Shown here piece after piece: positions 51,231 to 60,961 of a DNA stretch of 64,000 nucleotides. The DNA is from an uncultured delta proteobacterium (GTDB lineage Bacteria; Desulfobacterota; Desulfobacteria; Desulfobacterales; UBA2156): positions 672,001 through 736,000 of the forward strand of contig CAVTQK010000021.1 in NCBI GenBank assembly GCA_963736855.1. Direction: 5' to 3'. Below the pieces are notes generated by a model. That model saw only the letters and a list, made by a program, of their open reading frames with translations. It was not told the origin of the DNA and did no database searches. A program made the position numbers and the translations under genes. Within the stretch, counting starts at the first letter, position 1. Every line of letters begins with the position of its first letter.

Positions 51231-52424
51231 TTAGATAATCCCTCTTGTTTTCAGCCCTGCGATGGCCTCTTGAGAATATCCCAGGGCCTCGGAAAGGATC
51301 TTTTGGTTGTGTTCCCCGAAGCGGGGAGGAAAAGACAATTGCCGATCGTTTTGCATCATAAATTCCGTCAGGTAAGGGGACGGTGCGAGGGTGACGCGCA
51401 TATCCGTGACAGGATCCTGAGTATACAGGAGACGGCGTTGCACCAGGGGATCTTCGCAGACCTCTTTGATGCTTTGTATCTTGCTGATGGGTACTGTTAT
51501 GGCCTTGAAAAGATCGATCAACGCCTCGGAGGTCTGCTGGACGGTGACGGCCTCGATTTCTCTGTTGAGGCGCACCACTTCCTTTATTCGGCCGGCATTC
51601 TTCTCATACTCCGGCCGGTCCAGAACTTTGAAAATCTTCTGGGAGACCATGGATTTCCATTGGCGATCGTTTCCCACGGCCAGATAAATGTACCCGTTCT
51701 GTGTCCGATACACGGAAACCGGGGAAAAAAACTCGTGGGTGTTCCCTCTTCGGGCGATCCTTCTCTTTAAGATATCCCTCATGGTGATAGGAACGATGAG
51801 CCAGGAAACCGATGACTCAAACATGGACTGATGGATGCAGGAACCTTGACCGGTTTTTTCCCGGATTAAAAGCGCCTTCATCAGCCGGCCGTAGGAGTGT
51901 TCACTCGTCCCCATATCCGGCAGGGGGATCCCCGTCACCTGGGGGGGGCCGTCGGCTTCCCCGGTCATCTCCATAAGTCCGGATCGGGCCTGGAGTATGG
52001 GATCATAAGCCGCTTCGTTGCTTTCCGGACCGAAGCCGGTAACTCCCAGCCAGATGATATCCTTTTTAATGGATTTCAAAGTGTCGTAGTCGATGCCCAG
52101 CTTGGTGTAGCTCTTCGGGAGCTGATTGGTGGCAAAGATATCGACATTCAGTTTTTCGATGAGAGAATGAAAAATGGCCCGACCTTCCGCTTCACCGAGG
52201 TTCAGGGTCATAGATTCTTTGCCGGCATTGATGCAAAGAAAATAGGCATTCATCCGCTCTTCCCCCAGGATGTTCTCCCCCACCCATCGGTTCGGATCTC
52301 CGTAGACCGGGTGTTCGAGCCTGATGACCCGAATGCCGTCTTGGACCAGACGAAATGTCAGATACGGCAATACAGTGGCCTGCTCCAGAGACAGCATGGT
52401 CAGGTTCTTAAAAAGATTCATCAT
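51231..52424 (-). CDS. Family III (CaiB/BaiF) CoA transferase
   Basis: GDPNR, NAGKES, TGFG, AYDPILQARSGLM, PLPD (catalytic Asp region), PRFGEHN. Confidence 0.88.
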   Translation of the reverse strand: MMNLFKNLTMLSLEQATVLPYLTFRLVQDGIRVIRLEHPVYGDPNRWVGENILGEERMNAYFLCINAGKESMTLNLGEAEGRAIFHSLIEKLNVDIFATNQLPKSYTKLGIDYDTLKSIKKDIIWLGVTGFGPESNEAAYDPILQARSGLMEMTGEADGPPQVTGIPLPDMGTSEHSYGRLMKALLIREKTGQGSCIHQSMFESSVSWLIVPITMRDILKRRIARRGNTHEFFSPVSVYRTQNGYIYLAVGNDRQWKSMVSQKIFKVLDRPEYEKNAGRIKEVVRLNREIEAVTVQQTSEALIDLFKAITVPISKIQSIKEVCEDPLVQRRLLYTQDPVTDMRVTLAPSPYLTEFMMQNDRQLSFPPRFGEHNQKILSEALGYSQEAIAGLKTRGII

Positions 52425-52673
52425 ATTCTCTCCTTTCCGAAGACAAATAGCCTGGGCCGTGCATTTTTCAGGATGTAGTCAAGTTCAGGTTCGGCCAGAC
52501 GAAAATTGACCAGTATAAAAAATTCCCCAATCCAGGCGGAAACCATGTAAATTCACAGAAACTCCGGATAACTGATAAACTCTTCTTGAAATCGGATGGC
52601 TGTTTTCTGAGGATGCAATTCACTCCAGCGTTGCACCCACCAGGCGATGTTCATGGACTTGATCATCGGTTAT

Positions 52674-52688
52674 TGTATACTGTATACA
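52674..52688. promoter_or_regulatory. Candidate GntR operator upstream of the catabolic operon
   Basis: TGTATAC-T-GTATACA is a perfect inverted repeat. Minus-strand TTGACT at 52703-52698 could be the -35 box. Confidence 0.55.
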
Positions 52689-52888
52689 GATCAACCAAGT
52701 CAACTAGAAGATCTCTGCCTTACGGAAACGAGCGGGTTGACATTCTCCCCCGGCTCCCGTTATGAAGCAAAAGACTTATTTTTTATGCGGTCGGAGCATT
52801 GAAGACACATATCCATCGTTCAGAACTATCGTTTGGCGTCTTTAAACAATGGCCCTGCATTGGGAGGTCGTTTTGAATAAGCGTCTTT

Positions 52889-53878
52889 GTGGGCATTTTC
52901 CACATGCAAAATCCAATTCATGACCAAATCCGCCAACGCGCGGCCGAATACCTGTCGGATTCCGCTACAGGCACCGAACTGAAAATCCTCACCGACACCA
53001 GTGATTTTTTCGCTGTGGACTATGGAACCGTCATTTTATTAAACACCAAAGGCTACCTGGTACGTCAAAATGCCAAGGAGGGAAGGTTCGGCATCGACGA
53101 GCAAGAAAAATTCTGGGTCAAACGCGCCGTCGATCTTGAAACGGGGCAGCGAAAGATCATCAAACTCGTTTTTCATGAACGTTTTACGGCCCACGTGGGA
53201 GACATTGCCTTCGAATGTTTTCGAAGCCCTCACAAGGAGGCTCGCATATTAGGCCTGGTGGGCTCCCACGCTAATTTCATGCACGGTTACGCCGCGGCCG
53301 ATGATGCCGGGAACACGGTCCGCGTCATCGACTTCATCTACGGCAAACCCCTCTCCGCCTCGATTGAAGAATTAAACTGCCCCCATGATGTTTTTTTTCA
53401 TCAGCATTTTCCGGCTGTGCTGGATTCTTTTCTGGCATGCGTAGAAGCCATCCGCTTCCTTCATGATCACGGTGAAAAACACGGCGATATTCGACGGGAT
53501 CATATCCTCATCGATCATGAAAGCGGCATTTACCGTTGGATCGATTTCGATTTCAATTACCAGCACCGTGAAAACATCTACGGATACGATCTCTTCGGGC
53601 TGGGAAACATCCTGATCTTTCTGGTGGGTCGGGGTGATGTGCTTCTTCCGAATCTGAAAGTCGAGAATCCTCAGGCTTTCCACCATCTGAGAGAAGAGGA
53701 CCTCAACATCGTCTTTCACCATCGGGTGGCGAATCTGAAAAAGATCTACCCTTACATTCCGGAAAAGCTCAACCGAATCCTGCTCTATTTCTCAAAGGGT
53801 GCCGGCCGATTTTACGACCATACACGACAAGTCCTGGAAGATCTCAACGACTATCGTGCAAGCCCGGGGAGCGCCTAA
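52889..53878 (+). CDS. Protein kinase-like fold protein
   Basis: KIIKL, HGDIRRDHILI catalytic loop, WIDFD, DLFGLG. Confidence 0.75.
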   Translation: MGIFHMQNPIHDQIRQRAAEYLSDSATGTELKILTDTSDFFAVDYGTVILLNTKGYLVRQNAKEGRFGIDEQEKFWVKRAVDLETGQRKIIKLVFHERFTAHVGDIAFECFRSPHKEARILGLVGSHANFMHGYAAADDAGNTVRVIDFIYGKPLSASIEELNCPHDVFFHQHFPAVLDSFLACVEAIRFLHDHGEKHGDIRRDHILIDHESGIYRWIDFDFNYQHRENIYGYDLFGLGNILIFLVGRGDVLLPNLKVENPQAFHHLREEDLNIVFHHRVANLKKIYPYIPEKLNRILLYFSKGAGRFYDHTRQVLEDLNDYRASPGSA

Positions 53879-53953
53879 AATGCACCGACTGCTTCCCAAA
53901 GTCTGTGCCGGTATACTTAAACATCCCGTCCATCCCATATTCAGGAGACGCCC

Positions 53954-54424
53954 ATGAATGCCCATGACCGTTGCTACAACAAAAACGTTCTCATTGCCGT
54001 TGATACTTCCGAAAACGCCCGTCGTGCAGTGTGTTACGTGGCACAGCTCCTCGAAGGAAACGCTGCCTTCACCATCACCCTCATGCATGTGATCAATGAG
54101 CCGGAAGAAGACTATTTTTCAAGCCCCGTCGAACAGGCAAAATGGGTCCGGGAATACCGGCAAAAGATCGATGCCGTTATGAACGACTATGAGCAGATTC
54201 TGATTCAGGCCGGGTTCGCATCATCCGCCATCTTCAAAAACGTCTTCACCCGGTTCTGCCCGTCTCTGGCCGAATGTATCCTCACGGAACAGAATAAACT
54301 GGCCTATGACACTGTTGTGGTGGGACGCCAGGGGTTGTCCCGAAGCGAAGAGTTCCTTTTTGGAAGCGTATCGAGTAAAATCGTCACCCACGCCAAAAAC
54401 TGCACAGTATGGGTGGTCTCCTGA
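53954..54424 (+). CDS. Universal stress protein
   Basis: VLIAVDTS, VVGRQG, FGSVSSKIV, VWVV. Confidence 0.9.
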   Translation: MNAHDRCYNKNVLIAVDTSENARRAVCYVAQLLEGNAAFTITLMHVINEPEEDYFSSPVEQAKWVREYRQKIDAVMNDYEQILIQAGFASSAIFKNVFTRFCPSLAECILTEQNKLAYDTVVVGRQGLSRSEEFLFGSVSSKIVTHAKNCTVWVVS

Positions 54425-54586
54425 CCAAAAGCTTCAGACCACGCCGTTTCATTCCATTGCAACATTTCTCCTTGACAAGGATTCTTTTCACTGGATACAG
54501 ATGTGATTGTACCCGTGCCGTTTGGATTTTTCAGAAAAACCTGACGCCCATCATGTCTGACCTGCATACAAAAAAAGGAAGGTGCG

Positions 54587-56611
54587 ATGCACTTCGACAC
54601 TCGGTTCTACCCTACCGCCTTTAATCCTTTGTTGATCACACCGTCCCGACCGCTTCCGAAAAAAATCGCCGTCGTCGGCGCAGGGACCATCGGTCCCGAC
54701 ATCGGCTATTATCTGAAAAGCGCCTTGCCTGAAAGCATCTTATACTTGGTGGACGTCGTAGAGGCACCCCTGAAAGCCGCTGAAAAGCGACTCGCCGGCT
54801 ATGCGCAAAAAGCCGTCGAAAAGAAAAAGATGACCCCTGAACAGGCCCAGGCCGTCTGCGCCAACATCGTCTATACCCTCGATTACGATCAGATCACAGA
54901 GTGCGAATTGATCATCGAAGCGGCCACCGAAGCCATCCCTCTAAAACAGCGCATCTTCGCCGCCATCGAGGAACGCGTCAAAGATACGGCCATCATCACC
55001 TCCAATACCAGTTCCATACCGGCGGACCGCCTCTTTTTACACATGAAGCACCCCGAAAGGGCGACGGTCACCCATTTCTTCGCACCGGCCTGGCACAGCC
55101 TGCCGGTGGAAGTGATCCGCTGGGAACGGGTCAGCCCGGAGGTTTTGGATTATCTCTTCTGGTTTTTCGCAAAAACCGGAAAATCCCCTATCCTCACGGC
55201 CGACGCCATTTGTTTCGTGCTGGACCGCATCTTCGACAACTGGTGCAATGAAGCGGCCTATCTCTTAAACACAGCATCCGCCAGCCAGATCGACAAAGTG
55301 GCCGAGGAATTTGTGTTCGCCGGACCCTTTTTTGTGCTGAACATGGCCAACGGAAACCCCATCATCATCGAAACCAACACCCTCCAAATGGAAGAAGGAG
55401 CCCACTATCTGCCGGCCCCGATCCTCACCTCAGTCGACCGCTGGAAGACTCACCGGCCGGGAACAGAGGTTCGGATGTCTGAAACCGTCCTTCAACAGGT
55501 CCGGGACCGGCTGCTGGGGATCCTATTTTCCCAATCCTTTGATATCATCGATCGTCGAATCGGTACCATGGAAGATGTCAACTTCGGATGTCAGGTGGCC
55601 CTCGGATTCCGCAAGGGACCCCTGGATATCATGAAGGACCTGGGAGAGGAAACGGTGAACCGGGTTATGGAACGTTTCCGCACCGAAAGACCGGGGTTCC
55701 CCCAGCCTAAAAAACCTGTTTCGGCCTATCAGGATTTTCGCCGCTACATCCTCATCGATGAACAGAACGGCGTGCAAATCCTGACCTTGCGCCGTCCCCA
55801 GGCCCTCAACGCCCTCAACGATGAGATATTGGATGAGCTGCTGAGCGTCCTCAGAATGGGTTCCGAGAATCCTTCCGTGGAGGGATTCGTCCTCACCGGG
55901 TACGGCACGGGGGCGTTTTCAGCCGGCGCCGAAATCGGTAAATTTCCACAGATGCTCGGCGACAAAACCGCTTCCATGCAATATGCCAAAGACTGCGCCA
56001 AGGTTCAGCGGTTTCTCGATGGAATGGAAAAGCCCGTGGTGGCGGCGCTTAACGGCCTGGCCTTGGGCGGCGGCCTGGAACTTGCCATCCGCTGCCACGG
56101 CATCGTGGCCTTGAAAAACGCCAGGCTTCAGTTTCCCGAAATCACCCTCGGGATCCTCCCGGGCATCGGCGGCTGCATCGTTCCTTATCGAAAATGGCCT
56201 CAGGGAGCAACGGCTTTCAACGACATGATTCTTTCGGGACGGGCGCTCTCTGCATCCGATGCCGCCGGAATCGGCGTCGTAGACCATATGGCGGATACCT
56301 ATCCGGAAATGATCCGAACCGCCGTTCAGATGGCAAGGACCCTTAAAGGCGCCATTCGTCGAATCCCGGATGCCCCTGTCGATATGCCGGAGATCCGGAT
56401 TCCGGAGCCGCCCGCGGCGGGAAATCTCCATTTGAGCAAAGAGGCGGTAGCCATTGCCGCCAAAACCATCCGGGAAGGGGCTGCCTGTTCATCGCTTGCT
56501 CAGGCACTGGAAAAAGGGTATGAAGGATTTGGGGAGATCGCCTGCACCCAAGCGGCCAAGGAAGGAATTTCCGCCTTTTTGGAAAAAAGAAAACCGTCGT
56601 TTCAGCGTTGA
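54587..56611 (+). CDS. 3-hydroxyacyl-CoA dehydrogenase / enoyl-CoA hydratase fusion (dehydrogenase N-terminal)
   Basis: VVGAGTIG, EAATE, SNTSS, HFF, followed by RPQALNAL, FSAGA, ALGGGLELA and PEITLGILPG. Confidence 0.92.
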   Translation: MHFDTRFYPTAFNPLLITPSRPLPKKIAVVGAGTIGPDIGYYLKSALPESILYLVDVVEAPLKAAEKRLAGYAQKAVEKKKMTPEQAQAVCANIVYTLDYDQITECELIIEAATEAIPLKQRIFAAIEERVKDTAIITSNTSSIPADRLFLHMKHPERATVTHFFAPAWHSLPVEVIRWERVSPEVLDYLFWFFAKTGKSPILTADAICFVLDRIFDNWCNEAAYLLNTASASQIDKVAEEFVFAGPFFVLNMANGNPIIIETNTLQMEEGAHYLPAPILTSVDRWKTHRPGTEVRMSETVLQQVRDRLLGILFSQSFDIIDRRIGTMEDVNFGCQVALGFRKGPLDIMKDLGEETVNRVMERFRTERPGFPQPKKPVSAYQDFRRYILIDEQNGVQILTLRRPQALNALNDEILDELLSVLRMGSENPSVEGFVLTGYGTGAFSAGAEIGKFPQMLGDKTASMQYAKDCAKVQRFLDGMEKPVVAALNGLALGGGLELAIRCHGIVALKNARLQFPEITLGILPGIGGCIVPYRKWPQGATAFNDMILSGRALSASDAAGIGVVDHMADTYPEMIRTAVQMARTLKGAIRRIPDAPVDMPEIRIPEPPAAGNLHLSKEAVAIAAKTIREGAACSSLAQALEKGYEGFGEIACTQAAKEGISAFLEKRKPSFQR

Positions 56612-56753
56612 CAAAGAAAAGACCTGAAAGCACCCATTCTCTGTCGGCGAGCCGGCAGTGACGCGTTTATTTTCAATCCGTCGGGGGAAGGGTCGGTAGA
56701 ACAAGCAAACATCGCCGACCCAATCAAGCACCATCGAATCAAAAGGAGGATTT

Positions 56754-58130
56754 ATGCAGGTCAAGAAGATTTTTTTACCCGAGTCTGAGTTGCCGCGTCA
56801 ATGGTACAATATCGCCGCAGACATGCCTACACCCTTAGAGCCTCCGCTTCACCCGGGAACCGGGCAGCCCGTGGGACCCGACGACCTGGCTCCCATCTTC
56901 CCCATGCCCCTCATCGAGCAGGAAGTCAGCCGGCAGCGGTTCATCGACATACCCGAACCTGTCTTGGAAAAATACCTCATCTGGAGGCCGACTCCCATGT
57001 ATCGGGCCTTCAACCTGGAAAAACACCTGGGAACACCTGCAAAAATCTATTTCAAAAATGAAGGGGTCAGCCCGGCAGGAAGCCACAAGCCCAACACCGC
57101 ACTGGCTCAGGCTTATTACAATAAGATCAGCGGCACCAAGAAGATCACAACGGAAACCGGCGCCGGCCAGTGGGGAAGCGCCCTGGCCATGTGCTGCTGC
57201 CTCTTCGGACTGGAATGCAAAGTCTACATGGTGAAAGTGAGCTTCCAGCAGAAACCCTATCGCCGGCTCATGATGGAAACATGGGGCGCCAAGTGCATCG
57301 CCAGCCCCAGCACCGAAACCAATGCGGGACGAAAAATTCTTGAAAAAAATCCGGATTCCCCCGGTAGTTTGGGGATCGCCATCAGCGAGGCAGTGGAAGC
57401 GGCTGTCTTGGATAAAGACACCAAATACTCCCTGGGCAGCGTGTTGAACCATGTGTTACTGCATCAAACCGTCGTCGGTCAGGAAGCCCAAAAACAAATG
57501 GCTCTGTTCGGGGATTACCCGGATGTCGTCATCGCCTGCGCCGGCGGCGGAAGCAATTTCGCCGGTTTGTCCTTTCCGTTCATCCGGGATAAAATCCACG
57601 GCAAGAAGGTGGAAATCCTTGCGGTGGAACCGGCCTCTTGTCCCACCATGACCCGGGGGCCCTTTGCCTATGACTTCGGCGACACCGTGCAGATGACACC
57701 GTTGTTGCCCATGCACACTTTAGGCCACGGCTTTATCCCTGAGCCGATCCACGCCGGCGGCCTACGATATCACGGAATGGCACCGCTGGTCAGTCAGTTA
57801 ATCCTGGACAAGCTGATCACACCGATCGCTGTTCCCCAACTGGAAACCTTCGAAGCAGGCCTGACTTTTGCCCGGACGGAAGGTTTCATCAGCGCCCCGG
57901 AAACGAATCATGCGATAGCGGTGCTCATCCGCGAAGCCAAGAAGGCCAAGGAAGAAGGAAAACAAAAGGTACTCCTGCTCAACTGGAGCGGTCACGGATT
58001 GGTGGACATGGCTGCCTACGAGGCCTATCTCACCGGCAGGCTTAAAAATTATGAGCTCCCGCAGGAAGAGATCAATCGCGCCCTGGCCGAAATCGCGCCC
58101 TTACCGAAGCCCAGACAGTACAAGAAATGA
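56754..58130 (+). CDS. trpB2: Stand-alone tryptophan synthase beta, TrpB2 type
   Basis: WYNI, GSHKPN (PLP Lys), [30 protein letters not shown]. 458 aa, with no trpA nearby. Confidence 0.92.
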   Translation: MQVKKIFLPESELPRQWYNIAADMPTPLEPPLHPGTGQPVGPDDLAPIFPMPLIEQEVSRQRFIDIPEPVLEKYLIWRPTPMYRAFNLEKHLGTPAKIYFKNEGVSPAGSHKPNTALAQAYYNKISGTKKITTETGAGQWGSALAMCCCLFGLECKVYMVKVSFQQKPYRRLMMETWGAKCIASPSTETNAGRKILEKNPDSPGSLGIAISEAVEAAVLDKDTKYSLGSVLNHVLLHQTVVGQEAQKQMALFGDYPDVVIACAGGGSNFAGLSFPFIRDKIHGKKVEILAVEPASCPTMTRGPFAYDFGDTVQMTPLLPMHTLGHGFIPEPIHAGGLRYHGMAPLVSQLILDKLITPIAVPQLETFEAGLTFARTEGFISAPETNHAIAVLIREAKKAKEEGKQKVLLLNWSGHGLVDMAAYEAYLTGRLKNYELPQEEINRALAEIAPLPKPRQYKK

Positions 58131-58194
58131 TAATCTCCTTTCGATCACGCCTCTCGGAGATGGTACTCCTCCGGGAGGCAAACGAAAGCCCGAT

Positions 58195-58479
58195 ATGACC
58201 CAAAAAATCACACCCCCTGAGGACGACTTCAAGATCCGCTGCCGAAAACTCGGTCATCAAATATTCTTTTCATACTGCCGAAGTGAAAACCGGGGACTCC
58301 CCTGTCCCGAAACGATAGACTGCTGGCACATCCATTTCCAAGTTCAAAATTACCTGGAACAAGAACTCACTCCAGAGGAATGGAATAAGGCATTTGCCTC
58401 CCGCTCGAAGCCAAAAGTGATGACCCTATTAGACCTGATCGAACAAGCCAGGGCTTCAAAGGAAGAAGGATCCAGATGA
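58195..58479 (+). CDS. Small Cys/His-containing hypothetical protein
   Basis: CRKLGH..YC..LPC...CW pattern. Its stop overlaps the iorA start (ATGA). Confidence 0.65.
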   Translation: MTQKITPPEDDFKIRCRKLGHQIFFSYCRSENRGLPCPETIDCWHIHFQVQNYLEQELTPEEWNKAFASRSKPKVMTLLDLIEQARASKEEGSR

Positions 58480-60332
58480 AAGAGGCGTTTTTGCTCGGAA
58501 ACGGTGCCATCGCCCTGGGACTCCTGGAAGGCGGGTGCCAAGTGGTCACCTCTTACCCCGGAACCCCCAGTTCGGAAATATTACCCGAGATCGTCCACCT
58601 GATTAATACCGAAAATCTGAAGACCTATGCGGAATGGTCCACCAATGAAAAGGTGGCCTTCGACAATGCCTATGCCGCGGCCATTTCCGGGAAACGGGCC
58701 GCCTGCTGTATGAAGCAGGTGGGTTTGAACGTCGCGGCGGACTCACTGATGAGCGCCGCCTACCTGGGCACCACTGGAGCGCTGGTCATCATCTCCTGCG
58801 ACGATCCCGGTCCGCATTCTTCCCAGACCGAGCAGGATACGCGGATGATGGCACGGCTTGCCAAGGTCCCGGTGCTGGATCCCTCCACTCCTAAAGAAGC
58901 CCGGGAGATGGCAGCACTTGCCCTGGACCTCTCCGAAGAGTTCCGGATCCCGGTGATTTTAAGGCCCGGCATCCGGGTCTGTCATGCCAGGCAGAACTTT
59001 CAGTGGGAACCTCTTTCCATAAGAAACAAATCCGCAGTTTTTGAAAAGAACCCCGCACGGTGGGCGGCAACCCCCCGGTTTCGATACCTTCTCCATCAGG
59101 AGCTGAACCAAAAACTCATTCAAATATCCAAAAAATTTGAACGATTAAAAACTATTAACAAACATAACCTCATTAAAAACAGGAAATATCCTCTGGGGAT
59201 CGTGGCGGGGGGTGTCCCCTATTCCATTGTTCGGGACCTTCTTACCGAAAATCAGCGGGAGGATATCCCCGTCCTTAAACTGGGTGCACCCTATCCTTTC
59301 CCGGAAAAGCCGGCGAAACAATTCTTGAGAGCCTGTAAAAAAGTGCTGGTCCTGGAAGAAACCGATACTCTCATCGAATACTTCCTCAGGGATCGAAAAA
59401 AGGTCCTGGGGAGGCTTTCCGGCCATGTTCCCACGGAAGGAGAACTGGTTCCCCAGGCCATTTCGCGGGTGATCCAACGAGTCCTAACGGATCTGGGCAT
59501 CGATCCGATGGAGGTCTCAGAAAACACCGAGGCTCAGGAGCTGGTTCGGAGTCTCAACCTTCCGATCCGAAAACCCACACTTTGCCCGGGTTGCCCGCAT
59601 CGGGCATCCTTTTTCGCCATCCGCAAAGCACAATCCAAGGCGATCTTCACTTCCGACATCGGCTGTTACACCCTTGGCATGAACCTCGGCGCCGTCGATA
59701 CCTGCCTGGACATGGGAGCCGGAATCACCATGGCCTCCGGATTCTTTCATGCTTTTGCCCAGGACGGGGTCGAACAACCCATTGTGGCCACCATGGGGGA
59801 TTCCACCTTTTTCCATTCAGGTACCGCCGGCCTTTTAAACGCAGTCTACAACGGGTCCCGGTTCATCCTGGTGCTGCTGGATAACGAAACGACGGCCATG
59901 ACCGGGATGCAACCCACCCCGGCTCTGGGCATCCGTGCCGACGGAAGCCAAGGCAAATCGATTCCCCTGGAAAGGGTCGTAGCGGGTTGCGGCGTGGACT
60001 TCATCGAAGTGGTGGATCCCTATGACATCAAGGCCATGACCGCCCTCTTGAAGAAGGCTAAAGCGTACGTCACGAGTCCGGATGGAGGGATCGCCGTTAT
60101 CATCGCCAGACACCCCTGCGTCATTGCCTATCGGGACCGGGCGATCCCGAAAAGAATACCCGTCACCGTCACCGACGACTGCGACGAGTGCGGGTTCTGC
60201 CATGAACGTTTCGAATGCCCGGCCTTATTCAAAGACCCGGAAATCGGACATACCGCTGTCAACAAATCCATCTGCGCCGAATGTGGGGTCTGTATACAGG
60301 TCTGCCCCAAGGGCGCCATTGTGGGCGTGTGA
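58476..60332 (+). CDS. iorA: Indolepyruvate:ferredoxin oxidoreductase alpha subunit
   Basis: LLGNGAIA, YPGTPSSE, NEKVA, MKQVGLNVA, SSQTEQD, CPGCPH, DIGCY, GDSTF, TAMTG, C-terminal 2x[4Fe-4S]. Confidence 0.93.
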   Translation: MKEAFLLGNGAIALGLLEGGCQVVTSYPGTPSSEILPEIVHLINTENLKTYAEWSTNEKVAFDNAYAAAISGKRAACCMKQVGLNVAADSLMSAAYLGTTGALVIISCDDPGPHSSQTEQDTRMMARLAKVPVLDPSTPKEAREMAALALDLSEEFRIPVILRPGIRVCHARQNFQWEPLSIRNKSAVFEKNPARWAATPRFRYLLHQELNQKLIQISKKFERLKTINKHNLIKNRKYPLGIVAGGVPYSIVRDLLTENQREDIPVLKLGAPYPFPEKPAKQFLRACKKVLVLEETDTLIEYFLRDRKKVLGRLSGHVPTEGELVPQAISRVIQRVLTDLGIDPMEVSENTEAQELVRSLNLPIRKPTLCPGCPHRASFFAIRKAQSKAIFTSDIGCYTLGMNLGAVDTCLDMGAGITMASGFFHAFAQDGVEQPIVATMGDSTFFHSGTAGLLNAVYNGSRFILVLLDNETTAMTGMQPTPALGIRADGSQGKSIPLERVVAGCGVDFIEVVDPYDIKAMTALLKKAKAYVTSPDGGIAVIIARHPCVIAYRDRAIPKRIPVTVTDDCDECGFCHERFECPALFKDPEIGHTAVNKSICAECGVCIQVCPKGAIVGV

Positions 60333-60347
60333 TACCAGGAAGAGAAA

Positions 60348-60929
60348 ATGGAGACCGTCAACTTCATACTGAGCGGGCTGGGCGGACAGGGAATCCTTTT
60401 TTTGACCAAGGTGCTGGCTCAATGCGCCCTGGATCGGGGAGTCCCGGTTTTAGGGGCGGAAACCCACGGAATGGCCCAGCGCGGCGGGTCGGTAGTATCA
60501 CATCTAAAAATCGGTAACGTGGAAAGCAGCCTGGTGCGTGAGGGGACCGCTCATTTTCTGTTATCCCTCGAGGAAAACGAAGCCTACCGAGGCATCCCCT
60601 TTTTAGCCAAACATGGAAAGCTTTACGTCAACGCTTCCGGTGATTCCTTTCCGAAAGAGACCGTAAGGCTTTTCTTTGAAAAGATGAATATTGCCTTCCA
60701 CGCGTTGCCTGTGGGAAAAATCGCCTTCGAACTGGGTGCGCCGCTCGCCGCCAACTCCGGACTTTTAGGGTTGTTTGCCGCCTTTGATGGCGTCCCCTTC
60801 GCACGGGAAGAAATCCGGGAAAACATTGAACGATTCAGCCCGAAACCGTTCCGAAGTCTCAACGTGAAGGTCTTCGACTCCTGCCGGCAAAAAGCGATCT
60901 CGTCGGGGCTGACGAATGACCGGCTATAA
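60348..60929 (+). CDS. iorB: Indolepyruvate:ferredoxin oxidoreductase beta subunit
   Basis: GLGGQG, ETHGMAQRGGSV. Follows iorA. Confidence 0.92.
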   Translation: METVNFILSGLGGQGILFLTKVLAQCALDRGVPVLGAETHGMAQRGGSVVSHLKIGNVESSLVREGTAHFLLSLEENEAYRGIPFLAKHGKLYVNASGDSFPKETVRLFFEKMNIAFHALPVGKIAFELGAPLAANSGLLGLFAAFDGVPFAREEIRENIERFSPKPFRSLNVKVFDSCRQKAISSGLTNDRL

Positions 60930-60961
60930 ACGATCCGTCTTTCAACGCATCGGGAAAGGAA

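Noticed and set aside
56689..56721. GGGTCGG...CCGACCC hairpin upstream of trpB2 as a Trp attenuator or T-box
   Set aside because: No Trp-codon leader peptide, T-box consensus or U-tract terminator is visible.
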